Notes: a model not told the origin generated them from the sequence alone. A DNA stretch of 16,508 bases from Spirochaetota bacterium (GCA_003645645.1 QNBH01000067.1:1-16508); one strand, 5' to 3'; positions 1 through 8,606 are shown, numbered from the stretch's first letter. Made by a program: numbers and translations.

Positions 1-1491
1 ATTTTGTCGGTTATCTTCGGAGGTGGAGATACCGAGAGAGAGAAGAAACGTTTACTGAAAGAAACGGCAAAATGGCTTAAAAAAGACAGACATAAGTTTT
101 ACAAACCAAAAGGTGGACAGGTCCAGCCTGCTCTGGCTCGTTTTTTCTATGAAATATATAAAGTGGTAGCTTCGGCACAGGTAATGCTGGAACATGCAAG
201 TGAATCCGGTGCTCTGAAAGCCATCATTATAGAAAGCTTCCTCAACGAAGAGCAGAGGCAAATAAGAGATCAACTTACCGAAGAAGCAATCAAAGCGCGG
301 GCACAGCAGGTTGATATTAAACAACTTACTTCCGAGCTTAAAGAAAAAATGATAAAATTTTTTTCAGACTTTGACAGCCAGAAGGTAAAGCAGATAAATG
401 AAACTTACAATTTACTCTCCATATTTCTCCAGATTATTAACTTCGACTACTACTTTTTATTGAAAAAGTTTGACTCAAATATACCTGAGAGAAACTTCTC
501 CTATTCACCCAGGTTCGAATCGACAAACGGAGAGTATGTTACCGATGATCTTAAGGATTTTCTTACTCTTCTTCCCCTTGTGAGAGAGGATCTTCGGTGG
601 GAAAAGTTGTTTGATATACTTAAAATCTACAAGGGACAGGATGTTGTCAGCCGAGAGAACTGGGATAAGATGTTAAAAATGTTTAAAGAGGTTAAAAAAT
701 CGGGAGTACTCTCCCAGATTGTAAAGCATATCGACAGAGATCCCTTTTATAAAATTGTATATTATCCGCCCAAGGAGAGAATCGTAGAGGATTATCTGTC
801 CAGGCTAAAGACCGGAGTGGAGTTAAACATTCAAAAAATACTGCAGGAGAGGAGAGCAAACAAAATTGAGATGCTTATTAAGAAGATCTTCGGCTCCACT
901 GCCCTGTCGAGAATGAAGTATTATACCGACAGGATGAACGCTTCTTTTGCCAAGAAAAAATTGTCGGGATATACCTATGTAGCACCCATGAACTACTTAA
1001 AGGCTTTTATGCTCGATTATGTAAAGAAAGATGTAAAGGAGATTACCGATGTTTTGCTTATAAGGGGTGACTGGTCTACAACTTTGATGTCCCAGCAGCT
1101 TTCGGAGGCATTCCACTCTCTCATGCAACTTTCCGATAGAATCATCCAGTTTGATGATAAGCTTGCCGATGAAGGTCAGCTTGGCTCAAGGGTAAAGAAT
1201 TACATTCATAAACCCGAGCGAGATACCAACAGTACTGTTGTTCTAAAGAAACTCCTGAGCGAGATAAATGAGGAAGCGCTGAAGATAATTCAGGAAGCGG
1301 TGAGAAATTTTATCTCGCTGGGAAAGACCCTTAAGCTCTGCATAGATGATTTTTCTCGACAGCATCATGAACTCATACTTAACTGGAAAGAGCTGGATAT
1401 GAACATAGAAGGAAATATAAAAGAGCGAATGACGGAAATATACAAGCAAATCTATTACTTCATTCAGCTAATCCAGCATTTTAATAAATGA
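1..1491 (+). CDS. Hypothetical protein, 5'-partial. The reading frame is open to the window edge; the track's TTG at position 4 is probably internal. It is K/E-rich and predicted helical, with no transmembrane segment and no recognisable catalytic motif.
   Basis: A 1488-nt frame with no in-frame stop back to nt 1, ending TGA at 1489-1491. Composition is protein-like throughout. I recognise no family. Confidence 0.6.
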   Translation: MLSVIFGGGDTEREKKRLLKETAKWLKKDRHKFYKPKGGQVQPALARFFYEIYKVVASAQVMLEHASESGALKAIIIESFLNEEQRQIRDQLTEEAIKARAQQVDIKQLTSELKEKMIKFFSDFDSQKVKQINETYNLLSIFLQIINFDYYFLLKKFDSNIPERNFSYSPRFESTNGEYVTDDLKDFLTLLPLVREDLRWEKLFDILKIYKGQDVVSRENWDKMLKMFKEVKKSGVLSQIVKHIDRDPFYKIVYYPPKERIVEDYLSRLKTGVELNIQKILQERRANKIEMLIKKIFGSTALSRMKYYTDRMNASFAKKKLSGYTYVAPMNYLKAFMLDYVKKDVKEITDVLLIRGDWSTTLMSQQLSEAFHSLMQLSDRIIQFDDKLADEGQLGSRVKNYIHKPERDTNSTVVLKKLLSEINEEALKIIQEAVRNFISLGKTLKLCIDDFSRQHHELILNWKELDMNIEGNIKERMTEIYKQIYYFIQLIQHFNK

Positions 1492-1521
1492 AACGGAAAT
1501 GGGGTAGAGGCTCCCTAAAAT

Positions 1522-1550
1522 TTGACAAAACATTTAACTCAAATTTAAGT
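1522..1550 (+). promoter_or_regulatory. Promoter-like element TTGACA-17-TTAAGT on the plus strand, pointing into the convergent intergenic gap and antisense to the operon's 3' end.
   Basis: The -35 hexamer is an exact consensus, but the -10 is weak (3/6). No ORF lies downstream. Confidence 0.2.
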
Positions 1551-1758
1551 GTCTCGAAGATTGCACCGGATGGGTTTCCTCACCATAATTATTGATCGCA
1601 CTTGATACAGGAACTCTTCTAAGACAGGTACTACTGTTGCCGCCGGATTTGCGCCCACAGTATTCCCTCAAGCCCAGGTTGAGCACTTTTATGCTATTTT
1701 CGGCCGGTTTCGGCGTGGCTCCAAAAGGCTTTCCTATGAGGGTACAATAGCATATATA

Positions 1759-2973
1759 TCAGTATTTAAATCTAAACCCAAGAGAAAATGCAAGACCCCC
1801 GGGCCTCTCCAGGCTAAAAATATCATTTTCTTCTCCTGCTTGAAGGAGAATGAAAGTAAGGATATCGAATCCCTGGTACATGTTCCAGGAGTTTCCGAGA
1901 AGAAACATCGCGGAGAGATCCACCGGAGATACTAAAGAGCGCAGGCTCAAGTTTATAGACCTGCTTAAGCCCAGGGTAATCTCCGGATAGAGAAACAGTG
2001 CATAATTTGCACCCTCCGGAGGAGGATAAACTGCGGTAGAATCCATTATTACAACTTCGTTTTTAATCTCTTCCCAGGTTCCCCACGGTCTCAGAAGAGC
2101 TTCCAGACGAAAGCTTATCTGAGAATCAATACCCAACCTCTGAAGGTGAAAAAGACCGGCACTTATAAGTAGAGAGTCCTTTAAATCTTCTCCTTCGGGC
2201 GATTGAGAGGGAATAGAAGTAGAGGCAGAAATATTCCAGTCGGCAAGCAGATGACCCTGGAGAGCTGCGTATATATTGTGTGTTTTTTCCTCTCCCCTGT
2301 AAAGGTATCCGCCTTCGGTCTTAATGGTAAACAATTTTGTTACCGCTCTTCCTCCTGCCTGGGTGTGCTCAATCGGGGGCAGGGAGTAGGCGGTTTTATC
2401 ATCTGTAATTGCTGCCAGGGGATCTGGGGGAATGAAGACAGCCTCCGCAAACGAGAATCTACCCATCGGGACGTAAAGAGAGGCCAGCCAGGCGGTTTCA
2501 TCCCTTATCACCTGTTCTGTCAGTTCCGTATCGATGGAAGTGCTTCCGAAAAGGAGATCTCCCGCGTTAAAGCAAGAACCATCTCCCCAGGAAACGCGGG
2601 TTTTTCCCAGAGTCGCCCTGAAATGGGGGAAACGCACTTTGATAAAGGCTCTGGGAAGGGTTATTGGGAGGGGTTGATCCTGATTGGGCAGAATTATAGC
2701 CTTAAGGGCGAGTTCGGCTCTTACATTCCTGTTGTTTTCCGCTTTAAGGGAGGCTTCTCCGGTTCCTGTTACGGAGAGACTGTAATCTTTTTCCCCAACT
2801 CTTATAAGAGACGGGAGAAGCATTATGTCTACAGAGGTGGAAGTTTCAGTATAAGCAGAGAACAAAACCATAGTTGAAAGAGTCAAGATGAAAAGGAAGC
2901 TTCTCCCTCCATGGAATTTTACTGGACACGTGGATATGCTGCTCCCGGTCAATCCGGCCTTCCTCTTTACCAT
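1759..2973 (-). CDS. Putative outer-membrane beta-barrel protein of unknown family, the last gene of the ABC/LolA-like operon.
   Basis: ATG at 2973 is preceded by GAGGGAG with a 5-nt spacer. A hydrophobic signal-like segment (FLFILTLSTMVLFSA) follows an unusually long n-region. The C-terminus ...LAFSLGFRFKY has alternating hydrophobic residues and a terminal aromatic, the classic OMP beta-signal. The start overlaps the stop of the upstream gene by 7 nt. Confidence 0.6.
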   Translation of the reverse strand: MVKRKAGLTGSSISTCPVKFHGGRSFLFILTLSTMVLFSAYTETSTSVDIMLLPSLIRVGEKDYSLSVTGTGEASLKAENNRNVRAELALKAIILPNQDQPLPITLPRAFIKVRFPHFRATLGKTRVSWGDGSCFNAGDLLFGSTSIDTELTEQVIRDETAWLASLYVPMGRFSFAEAVFIPPDPLAAITDDKTAYSLPPIEHTQAGGRAVTKLFTIKTEGGYLYRGEEKTHNIYAALQGHLLADWNISASTSIPSQSPEGEDLKDSLLISAGLFHLQRLGIDSQISFRLEALLRPWGTWEEIKNEVVIMDSTAVYPPPEGANYALFLYPEITLGLSRSINLSLRSLVSPVDLSAMFLLGNSWNMYQGFDILTFILLQAGEENDIFSLERPGGLAFSLGFRFKY

Positions 2974-3701
2974 GTGAGCTCCCTCAAGGAAAACTTTTCT
3001 TCCGGTATGGGAATTCCTATTTCTATTTTCTGAATTATAAACTCGGTGGAGGAGTTTTTCTTCATCTTATCCTCCATAAGCAGCTCCACCGGAATTACCT
3101 TTCCGTTTTGGCGGGTAAACCTGGTAATGCGCATCTCTTTCAGCAATCTGCCGGAGAGGCTGAACTTATGCACCTTACGATATATAAAAAGCTCTTTATC
3201 TACCCAGAGTATTTCTCTGGGATAGGGTACGTTTCTGCTGACTGCTTCCAACTGTAATTTATAACAATCATGCCCGTCCACCTCTTCTGAACCTAGAAGG
3301 GTGACTTTGTAGGAATCGAGAAGATCCTTCTCCCCGGTCATATCCTCGTAGGAGAAATCGGACCCCAGGACCGATTGTCTTAAGGCCGCTCCCTGGAGCC
3401 GTATTACCTCCTCGGCGTCGGGAAAGTAAAGGTAGAGCTCATCTTCATTGCGGAGTATCTTCTGTCCCGCCTCATATTTGCTCGTAAACTCGATGAGGGC
3501 ATTATCTTCACCCCTGGACCAGGAGACAAAGGTTACAGTTTTCTTACCGAACCTGTCCTGAATTATCATTTTCCCTTCGATACGGGCGGTATCATGAACC
3601 TGGTTTTCGAGCATTCTTTCTAATATCTCTTCGGGGGTAATTCCCATTAGGACAGCGGCTGGGCTAAAAAAGATAAATATTGAAATGAAAAGCTTTTTCA
3701 T
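2967..3701 (-). CDS. LolA-like secreted or periplasmic protein (outer-membrane lipoprotein-sorting-protein-like fold family). I moved the start to ATG 3701 (244 aa) instead of the track's 3758.
   Basis: ATG at 3699-3701 is preceded by GGAGG with a 7-nt spacer. The protein then begins MKKLFISIFIFFSPAAVLMG, a typical signal peptide. The track's extra 19 N-terminal residues have no RBS. Size and operon linkage to FtsX permeases and an ABC ATPase fit this family. Confidence 0.65.
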   Translation of the reverse strand: MKKLFISIFIFFSPAAVLMGITPEEILERMLENQVHDTARIEGKMIIQDRFGKKTVTFVSWSRGEDNALIEFTSKYEAGQKILRNEDELYLYFPDAEEVIRLQGAALRQSVLGSDFSYEDMTGEKDLLDSYKVTLLGSEEVDGHDCYKLQLEAVSRNVPYPREILWVDKELFIYRKVHKFSLSGRLLKEMRITRFTRQNGKVIPVELLMEDKMKKNSSTEFIIQKIEIGIPIPEEKFSLRELTW

Positions 3702-3767
3702 TTTTATTCCTCCAAGAATTTGCTTTATTTTGTATGCAAGTGCTTTGAAATAGGACATGGTGGCTCC

Positions 3768-5003
3768 TCACCCCGTGTATCTCAAGGCTTCCACCGGCTG
3801 TATTTTTGCCGCTCTGGTTGAAGGTATGAGTGAAGCCAGAGAGGAGACTACCACGGCATAGAAGAATACAAATATGGTGGAAAAGAGGTTTAACCTGGGA
3901 TAGATAATATCGGATATCTCAATATCTATACCCTGCATCGCTGCTCCGAAATCAAGGCCGTAAGCGGAGAGGGGAAGGGTTATGCCTACTCCCACAATCA
4001 GCCCCGCAAAGGCTCCTACGATACTTAAAAATACAGCTTCATAGAAAAAAAGACGCACAATTTCTTTTCCTGTCATTCCCATGGCGGCGATGGTACCGAT
4101 CTCCCTCATCCGTTCGAATATAACCATCATGGTGGTATTGATCAGCACGGTGCTGGCAAGAAGAAAAAAGATGAGTGCTATAAACCCGTAAATTACCTGG
4201 GCCATGCTCATGAAACCGTATATGATGCTTATGTTTTTCCAGCTCTGGACTTCCAGCTCGGTGTTTCCGCTGGTTTTAAACTCCCGGTTAAGTTCTTCTG
4301 CAAAACTGGCAGCTTCTCGTGGATTATTAAGCTTAACAAGTATTTCGGTAACCGACTTATCCATGCGGAGCAGGTATTGGACTCTGTCCAGGGGGATCAT
4401 CAGGTGAGTTTTATTGTAACTTCCGATCGGGAAAGCCGCTATTCCGGCGATTTTAAAGGTCATGGCGTTTATGCTTTTTCGCATTGTTGTGGCAAGAAGG
4501 GTGATTCTATCATCCACGCCAATTCCAAGTTCTTCGGCAAGCTTAAATCCTATAATAACCTCGTTGTTGCCGTTTTCAGGAAGCCTCCCTCTTATAATTA
4601 CAGATTCCAGATCCATAAATGAGACTTCGGTCGTGAAGTTAAGCCCAACCGCCATTGCACGGTGAAGTTCTTCTTCTCTGTATATGGTGGTGGGGAAGTT
4701 TATTCTTGCAGAAAAAGCCTCTACCCTCTGATCGGAAGAAAGCTCCGGGAGGATCTTTTCATAATCTGTTATCCTCAGATGAAGAGGGTTTAAGTGTTCG
4801 TATTTATTGTACTGGGCTTCTCTGATTCTAACATGACCGCTAACGTATGAGCTTATGTTTTTCTCCATATCCTCTTTCATTCCGCTTATCAGGGAGAACA
4901 TAAAGACAATGGCCATGGAGGCAATCGCTGTTGCAGAGGCGGACAGGGTGCTTCTTCTTTTATTACGCCGAATGTTCCTTAAGGCTATACGGGCAAGTTT
5001 CAT
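3768..5003 (-). CDS. ABC transporter permease, FtsX family (LolC/LolE-like: TM1, a ~230-aa periplasmic loop, then 3 TM).
   Basis: The N-terminus MKLARIALRNIRRNKRRS is the FtsX/LolE family signature start. One N-terminal TM plus three C-terminal TM segments (FIALIFFLLASTVLINTTMMVIFER...). AGGAGG lies upstream. An 11-nt gap separates it from the preceding permease. Confidence 0.85.
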   Translation of the reverse strand: MKLARIALRNIRRNKRRSTLSASATAIASMAIVFMFSLISGMKEDMEKNISSYVSGHVRIREAQYNKYEHLNPLHLRITDYEKILPELSSDQRVEAFSARINFPTTIYREEELHRAMAVGLNFTTEVSFMDLESVIIRGRLPENGNNEVIIGFKLAEELGIGVDDRITLLATTMRKSINAMTFKIAGIAAFPIGSYNKTHLMIPLDRVQYLLRMDKSVTEILVKLNNPREAASFAEELNREFKTSGNTELEVQSWKNISIIYGFMSMAQVIYGFIALIFFLLASTVLINTTMMVIFERMREIGTIAAMGMTGKEIVRLFFYEAVFLSIVGAFAGLIVGVGITLPLSAYGLDFGAAMQGIDIEISDIIYPRLNLFSTIFVFFYAVVVSSLASLIPSTRAAKIQPVEALRYTG

Positions 5004-5014
5004 GATTTTCCCTC

Positions 5015-6274
5015 CTATTCGTTGCGGAGACAGTCTGTAATTTGCATTTTTAAGGCTCTACGGGTTGGAATGTAGGCTATGAGCATGGAGATGACGATAC
5101 CCACTATAAAGGCAGTTATTACAACCTCGGGATTCCATACGGTGTACATGACACCTGTCAATCGATATCCCACATTCATGTTTTTGAAAATCCAGGAGTA
5201 GTCTATGCCTAAAGTTGAAAACAGATAAACAATGAGAGAGCCAAATATTGTGCCTGCAACCGATCCGATAAACCCGATTCCACCTGCTTCAAGAATAAAG
5301 GCTATCCGTATCTGGCTGTCTTTCATGCCCAGCGCCCTCATCATGCCCAGCTCCCTCACCCGCTCATATATGGCCATTAGCATGGTATTGGATACCCCTA
5401 CCGCTGCAATAATAAAAACCAGTAAAAGCATTATGTTACTGCCAGCTCTCTTTTGCACTGCAATGGCAAGGTAATCCTGGGCGAGATCCTTCCATGTTTT
5501 AGCCACCAGATTGTTTATTCCCTTCTCCTCAAGCCTTTCCTCTATGTGCTGGGCGGTCTTTTCCACATCGGCCTGGAGGGGAAGACTCATATCCATTTCG
5601 GTAACACCCCCTTCCATCTGAAGATAGTTGTTCGCGACATCCATGGGAATAAATATGGTTCCGTTATTGATCATGGGATTTGGGCAGTTAATGATACCAG
5701 CAATCTCCACATCGATAGTCTGGAAAAAACCGTCTCTTGTTCGGGTTACGATGGTAAGGGGATAACCGACTTCGGCTCCTATATCTTCGGCAAACCATGA
5801 GCCTATCATTATTTCCATTTTTCCGGATTTAAGATATTTCCCGGATTCCAGAGTTTGCTTCATAGGGAAGACCCTGTCATCCCGTTCGGGGTCGATGGCT
5901 ATAAACTGGACAGGCACCCCGCCGTCCTGCTCGTAGGGATCTTTATAAAATATAACCTCCCCTCCGAATCTTATTCTTGGAACTGCAGGTATATTCATCT
6001 CTTCTACCATCTTGATGACGACTTCAGGATTTTCGACAACCCTGTCCAGGGGAAGTCTCTCCTGTTCCTCCCAGTATTGTGAATCCATTATTCTTATCGA
6101 GCTGGTCTCATACCAGATAAGGTTTCTCTCCGAGTCGAGTTCCGCTCCCAGAAGCCACGCATCGAAGAAGATGTAAATCCCGATTCCCACGGCAATGGCC
6201 GAAGCAGTGATAATGGTACGTTTTCTGTATCTGGAAAGATTCTTCCATGCAAGAGAAATAAGAAACCTCATCAA
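5015..6274 (-). CDS. ABC transporter permease, FtsX family (second LolC/LolE-like paralogue).
   Basis: [20 protein letters not shown] begins the protein. It has the same architecture as the neighbouring permease. Its start overlaps the ATPase stop (ATGA). Confidence 0.85.
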   Translation of the reverse strand: MMRFLISLAWKNLSRYRKRTIITASAIAVGIGIYIFFDAWLLGAELDSERNLIWYETSSIRIMDSQYWEEQERLPLDRVVENPEVVIKMVEEMNIPAVPRIRFGGEVIFYKDPYEQDGGVPVQFIAIDPERDDRVFPMKQTLESGKYLKSGKMEIMIGSWFAEDIGAEVGYPLTIVTRTRDGFFQTIDVEIAGIINCPNPMINNGTIFIPMDVANNYLQMEGGVTEMDMSLPLQADVEKTAQHIEERLEEKGINNLVAKTWKDLAQDYLAIAVQKRAGSNIMLLLVFIIAAVGVSNTMLMAIYERVRELGMMRALGMKDSQIRIAFILEAGGIGFIGSVAGTIFGSLIVYLFSTLGIDYSWIFKNMNVGYRLTGVMYTVWNPEVVITAFIVGIVISMLIAYIPTRRALKMQITDCLRNE

Positions 6275-6951
6275 TTTCTCCTTTCATCTTTTGTTATCTG
6301 TCCATCGTGAAGTTGAACCAGCCTGTGGGCGAACTCCATTACCATCTGATCGTGGGTGGAGAAAATAAAGGTGGTAGTGTGTTTTTTGTTCATCTCTTCC
6401 ATAAGTTCGAGTATGGCTCGTCCGGTGTCGGAGTCGAGATTGGCAGTAGGTTCATCTGCCAGCACTATGGCAGGCTTTTTTACAAGCGCTCTGGCTATGG
6501 CTACACGCTGCTGCTGGCCACCTGAAAGACGAGATGGCAGGCGGTCCTCCATTCCCTCGAGGCCGACCTCTTTTAGAAGACTCATTGTACGTTCTTCTAT
6601 CTCATTTTTACTTAAGTTTAAAAGGTGAAGTGCAAAAGCTACATTTTCTTTAGCAGTCAGTACCGGAATCAGATTGAATGTCTGAAAAACAAATCCAAGT
6701 TTACGTCTGCGGAACAGGGCAAGTTCGTTTTTATCGAGTTTATCCACATCCTCTTTATCTATTTTGATTACTCCGGAATCCGCCTTATCGATACAACCTA
6801 TCAGGTTTAAAAGGGTTGTCTTTCCCGATCCTGAGGGTCCGGCAATGGAGAGGAACTCTCCCTGATCCACGTCCAGGGAAACGCCCCTCAGGGCTTTAAC
6901 TATTGTCTCACCAGCCTGATAATTTTTCTTTACCTCACGAAGGGTTATCAT
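6271..6951 (-). CDS. ABC transporter ATP-binding protein, LolD/MacB-NBD-like (226 aa from ATG 6951).
   Basis: Walker [13 protein letters not shown] signature [15 protein letters not shown], Walker B IVLADEPT and an H-loop STHD are all present. The track's start at 6978 puts an AGGAGG inside the coding sequence 9 nt upstream of the internal ATG at 6951, so 6951 is the likelier start. It overlaps the SPFH gene's 3' end by 17 nt. Confidence 0.9.
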   Translation of the reverse strand: MITLREVKKNYQAGETIVKALRGVSLDVDQGEFLSIAGPSGSGKTTLLNLIGCIDKADSGVIKIDKEDVDKLDKNELALFRRRKLGFVFQTFNLIPVLTAKENVAFALHLLNLSKNEIEERTMSLLKEVGLEGMEDRLPSRLSGGQQQRVAIARALVKKPAIVLADEPTANLDSDTGRAILELMEEMNKKHTTTFIFSTHDQMVMEFAHRLVQLHDGQITKDERRN

Positions 6952-8068
6952 TATCTTTTTCCTCCTTGCTTTTCTCACCCAGCTCGACGATCGAGTCTTC
7001 GCCGGCCGAAGCCTGCATTTTTTGCAGTGCCACAGCCCCTATTACAGTACCCAGATTCATTGTATCCAGAGCAGATGAAGGCAGAAGAACCATGGAGCCT
7101 CTCTGTCTTATACCTTCATAGACCATGTTCATTGCCCTGAGATGAAGGGCTGTAGGATTATCTTTATAACTCTCAGATGCTTCTGCAAACTTTTTCGCAA
7201 TTTCTACCTCTGCAGTACCCAGAATTACCCTGGATTGTTTCTCCCTCTCCGCCTGAGCTCGTTTGCTCATTGCATCTTCTAAGTTCTGGGGAATGATGAT
7301 GTCTGTAAACTCCACGGACAGGATGGTTATCCCCCAGGGATTTGTCTTCGCATCGAGTATCTTCTGAATCTCCTGACAGAGGATATCCCTATCCGATAGG
7401 AGAACGGAGAGATCGTGTTTACCGATAGAATCCCTCAACGCCGTCTGAGCAGAGAGGATTACTGCCTCCACGAAGTTCTCCACCTCCAGAATTGCCCGTT
7501 TGGCATCCCAGATCATCCAGAAACATAGAGCATCTACATGAACGGGAACGGTATCCTTTGTGATAGTCTTCTCTGCACTGAAATCGGTAGCCCGTATTCG
7601 TGTATCTACAAAATCTGCTACCCGGTCGATAATCGGGATTAGAAAAAACAATCCGGGACCACATACGCTTTTAAACTTTCCTGCTCTTAAGATAACTACT
7701 TTGTCCCACTGGTAGATGAGTTGAAGTGCAGGTGATAGAAGGAGACCCGGCGTGATCAATGCAAAGAGAGGAGCAAAATACCCGCCGAGAAATGCGTACA
7801 TCACAATCCAGGCTAAAACAATCAACTGTATTACCACACTCCAGAGAGGAAGGAGAGTCAATATACCACCGGCTGCGATTGTCCCTATAGCGATTCCAGC
7901 CAGGTGCATGGGCATGATTTCTTCCCTGATGGCAATTTGCAGGATTATACCACCTGCCAGGAACAGACCGAGGATAAAGTAGGAGAAGACATTGTAGCAG
8001 AAGTCCTTCTCTATCTCTATCCCGGGAATGTTTCTTATTCTTTCAAATTTCCGTCCGAATATTTTCAT
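6935..8068 (-). CDS. SPFH / band-7 (stomatin-like) protein with an N-terminal ~130-aa polytopic membrane extension.
   Basis: The stomatin core motif reads VVILRAGKFKSVCGPGLFFLIPIIDRVADFVDTRIRATDF...VHVDALCFW. It is followed by a coiled-coil-like region (SKRAQAEREKQSRVILGTAEVEIAKK). Three to four hydrophobic helices precede the SPFH domain. GAGGAGG lies upstream. Confidence 0.85.
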   Translation of the reverse strand: MKIFGRKFERIRNIPGIEIEKDFCYNVFSYFILGLFLAGGIILQIAIREEIMPMHLAGIAIGTIAAGGILTLLPLWSVVIQLIVLAWIVMYAFLGGYFAPLFALITPGLLLSPALQLIYQWDKVVILRAGKFKSVCGPGLFFLIPIIDRVADFVDTRIRATDFSAEKTITKDTVPVHVDALCFWMIWDAKRAILEVENFVEAVILSAQTALRDSIGKHDLSVLLSDRDILCQEIQKILDAKTNPWGITILSVEFTDIIIPQNLEDAMSKRAQAEREKQSRVILGTAEVEIAKKFAEASESYKDNPTALHLRAMNMVYEGIRQRGSMVLLPSSALDTMNLGTVIGAVALQKMQASAGEDSIVELGEKSKEEKDNDNPS

Positions 8069-8126
8069 CCTTTACCAATCCTCCTCTTTTCTTTTCTGGT
8101 TGTACAATACTCCAGATAGTAATCCC

Positions 8127-8546
8127 CTATTCCGCCCAGGAATCCTCCGCCCTATTCAGCTCTTCGAGGTATTCGATAATCTCCTCGAGGGAAAAACCGT
8201 AGGAGCGGGCTGAAGTAATGAAGGAGCGGCTGATTTCAGAAAGTATCTTCTCCCTCTCCACATCGGAGATCTCCATCTTCTTATCGCTTATAAAAGTTCC
8301 GGTACCCTGCTGGGTGGTTACAATGCCGCGGATTTCCAGCTCGTTATAGGCTCTGGCCACTGTGTTGGGGTTTATCTTTAAATCCACTGCAAGACTCCTT
8401 ACAGTGGGCAGTTGATCGCCTCTTACGAATCTTCCGTCCGCAATGGCCATCTCTACCTGGTGAATTATCTGCTTGTAGAAAGGGACACCGCTCTTTGGAT
8501 CCAGGGTAAACTCGATTTGTTTCTCTTCCTTGGCCATTGTTTCCAT
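8127..8546 (-). CDS. GntR-family transcriptional regulator, YtrA-like subfamily (139 aa with a short C-terminal domain).
   Basis: A winged HTH reads FYKQIIHQVEMAIADGRFVRGDQLPTVRSLAVDLKINPNTVARAYNELEIRGIVTTQQGTGTFIS. The short ~60-aa C-terminus is typical of YtrA-type regulators, which usually control adjacent ABC operons. Confidence 0.85.
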   Translation of the reverse strand: METMAKEEKQIEFTLDPKSGVPFYKQIIHQVEMAIADGRFVRGDQLPTVRSLAVDLKINPNTVARAYNELEIRGIVTTQQGTGTFISDKKMEISDVEREKILSEISRSFITSARSYGFSLEEIIEYLEELNRAEDSWAE

Positions 8547-8550
8547 AATA

Positions 8551-8597
8551 ATTGTATTAAAGTATTAATACAATAAAAGTTTAGTACATTAATACAT
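8551..8597. promoter_or_regulatory. Candidate GntR operator pair. Site 1 is a perfect 24-bp palindrome ATTGTATTAA-AGTA-TTAATACAAT (8551-8574) in the 5'UTR. Site 2 is GTACATTAATACAT (8584-8597), inside the promoter spacer.
   Basis: Read directly from the sequence. The heptamer GTATTAA/TTAATAC occurs four times in 45 bp. The arrangement GT-N-AC within AT-rich arms matches the general GntR-family operator style. Confidence 0.45.
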
Positions 8598-8606
8598 TTC
8601 TGTCAA
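8578..8606 (-). promoter_or_regulatory. Sigma-70-like promoter for the gntR-led operon: TTGACA (8601-8606), a 17-nt spacer, then TAAACT (8578-8583).
   Basis: The -35 hexamer is an exact consensus. The spacing and a -10 matching 4/6 place the transcription start about 30 nt upstream of the gntR ATG. Confidence 0.4.

Noticed and set aside
2203-2877. 224-aa plus-strand ORF
   Set aside because: It lies entirely antisense within the 404-aa barrel-candidate gene. It has Arg/Gly-rich low-complexity composition typical of a shadow frame and no RBS, so I treat it as a non-coding frame artefact.
4204-6082. Cluster of 60-115-aa plus-strand ORFs
   Set aside because: All lie antisense to the two FtsX permease genes and none has an RBS. 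Shadow ORFs are expected opposite long GC-balanced genes.
6978-6978. Upstream ATG as the ABC ATPase start, and ATG 3758 / GTG 13971 as starts of the LolA-like and TPR genes
   Set aside because: In each case a downstream ATG has a canonical GGAGG-type RBS at 7-9 nt and yields a sensible N-terminus (a signal peptide, or the lead-in to the nucleotide-binding domain). The longer forms lack an RBS.
8547-8575. AT-rich palindrome as the tauE transcription terminator
   Set aside because: The hairpin would be all A-U with no trailing U-tract on the minus strand. Its heptad-repeat structure, and its position over a promoter directly upstream of a GntR gene, fit an operator much better.
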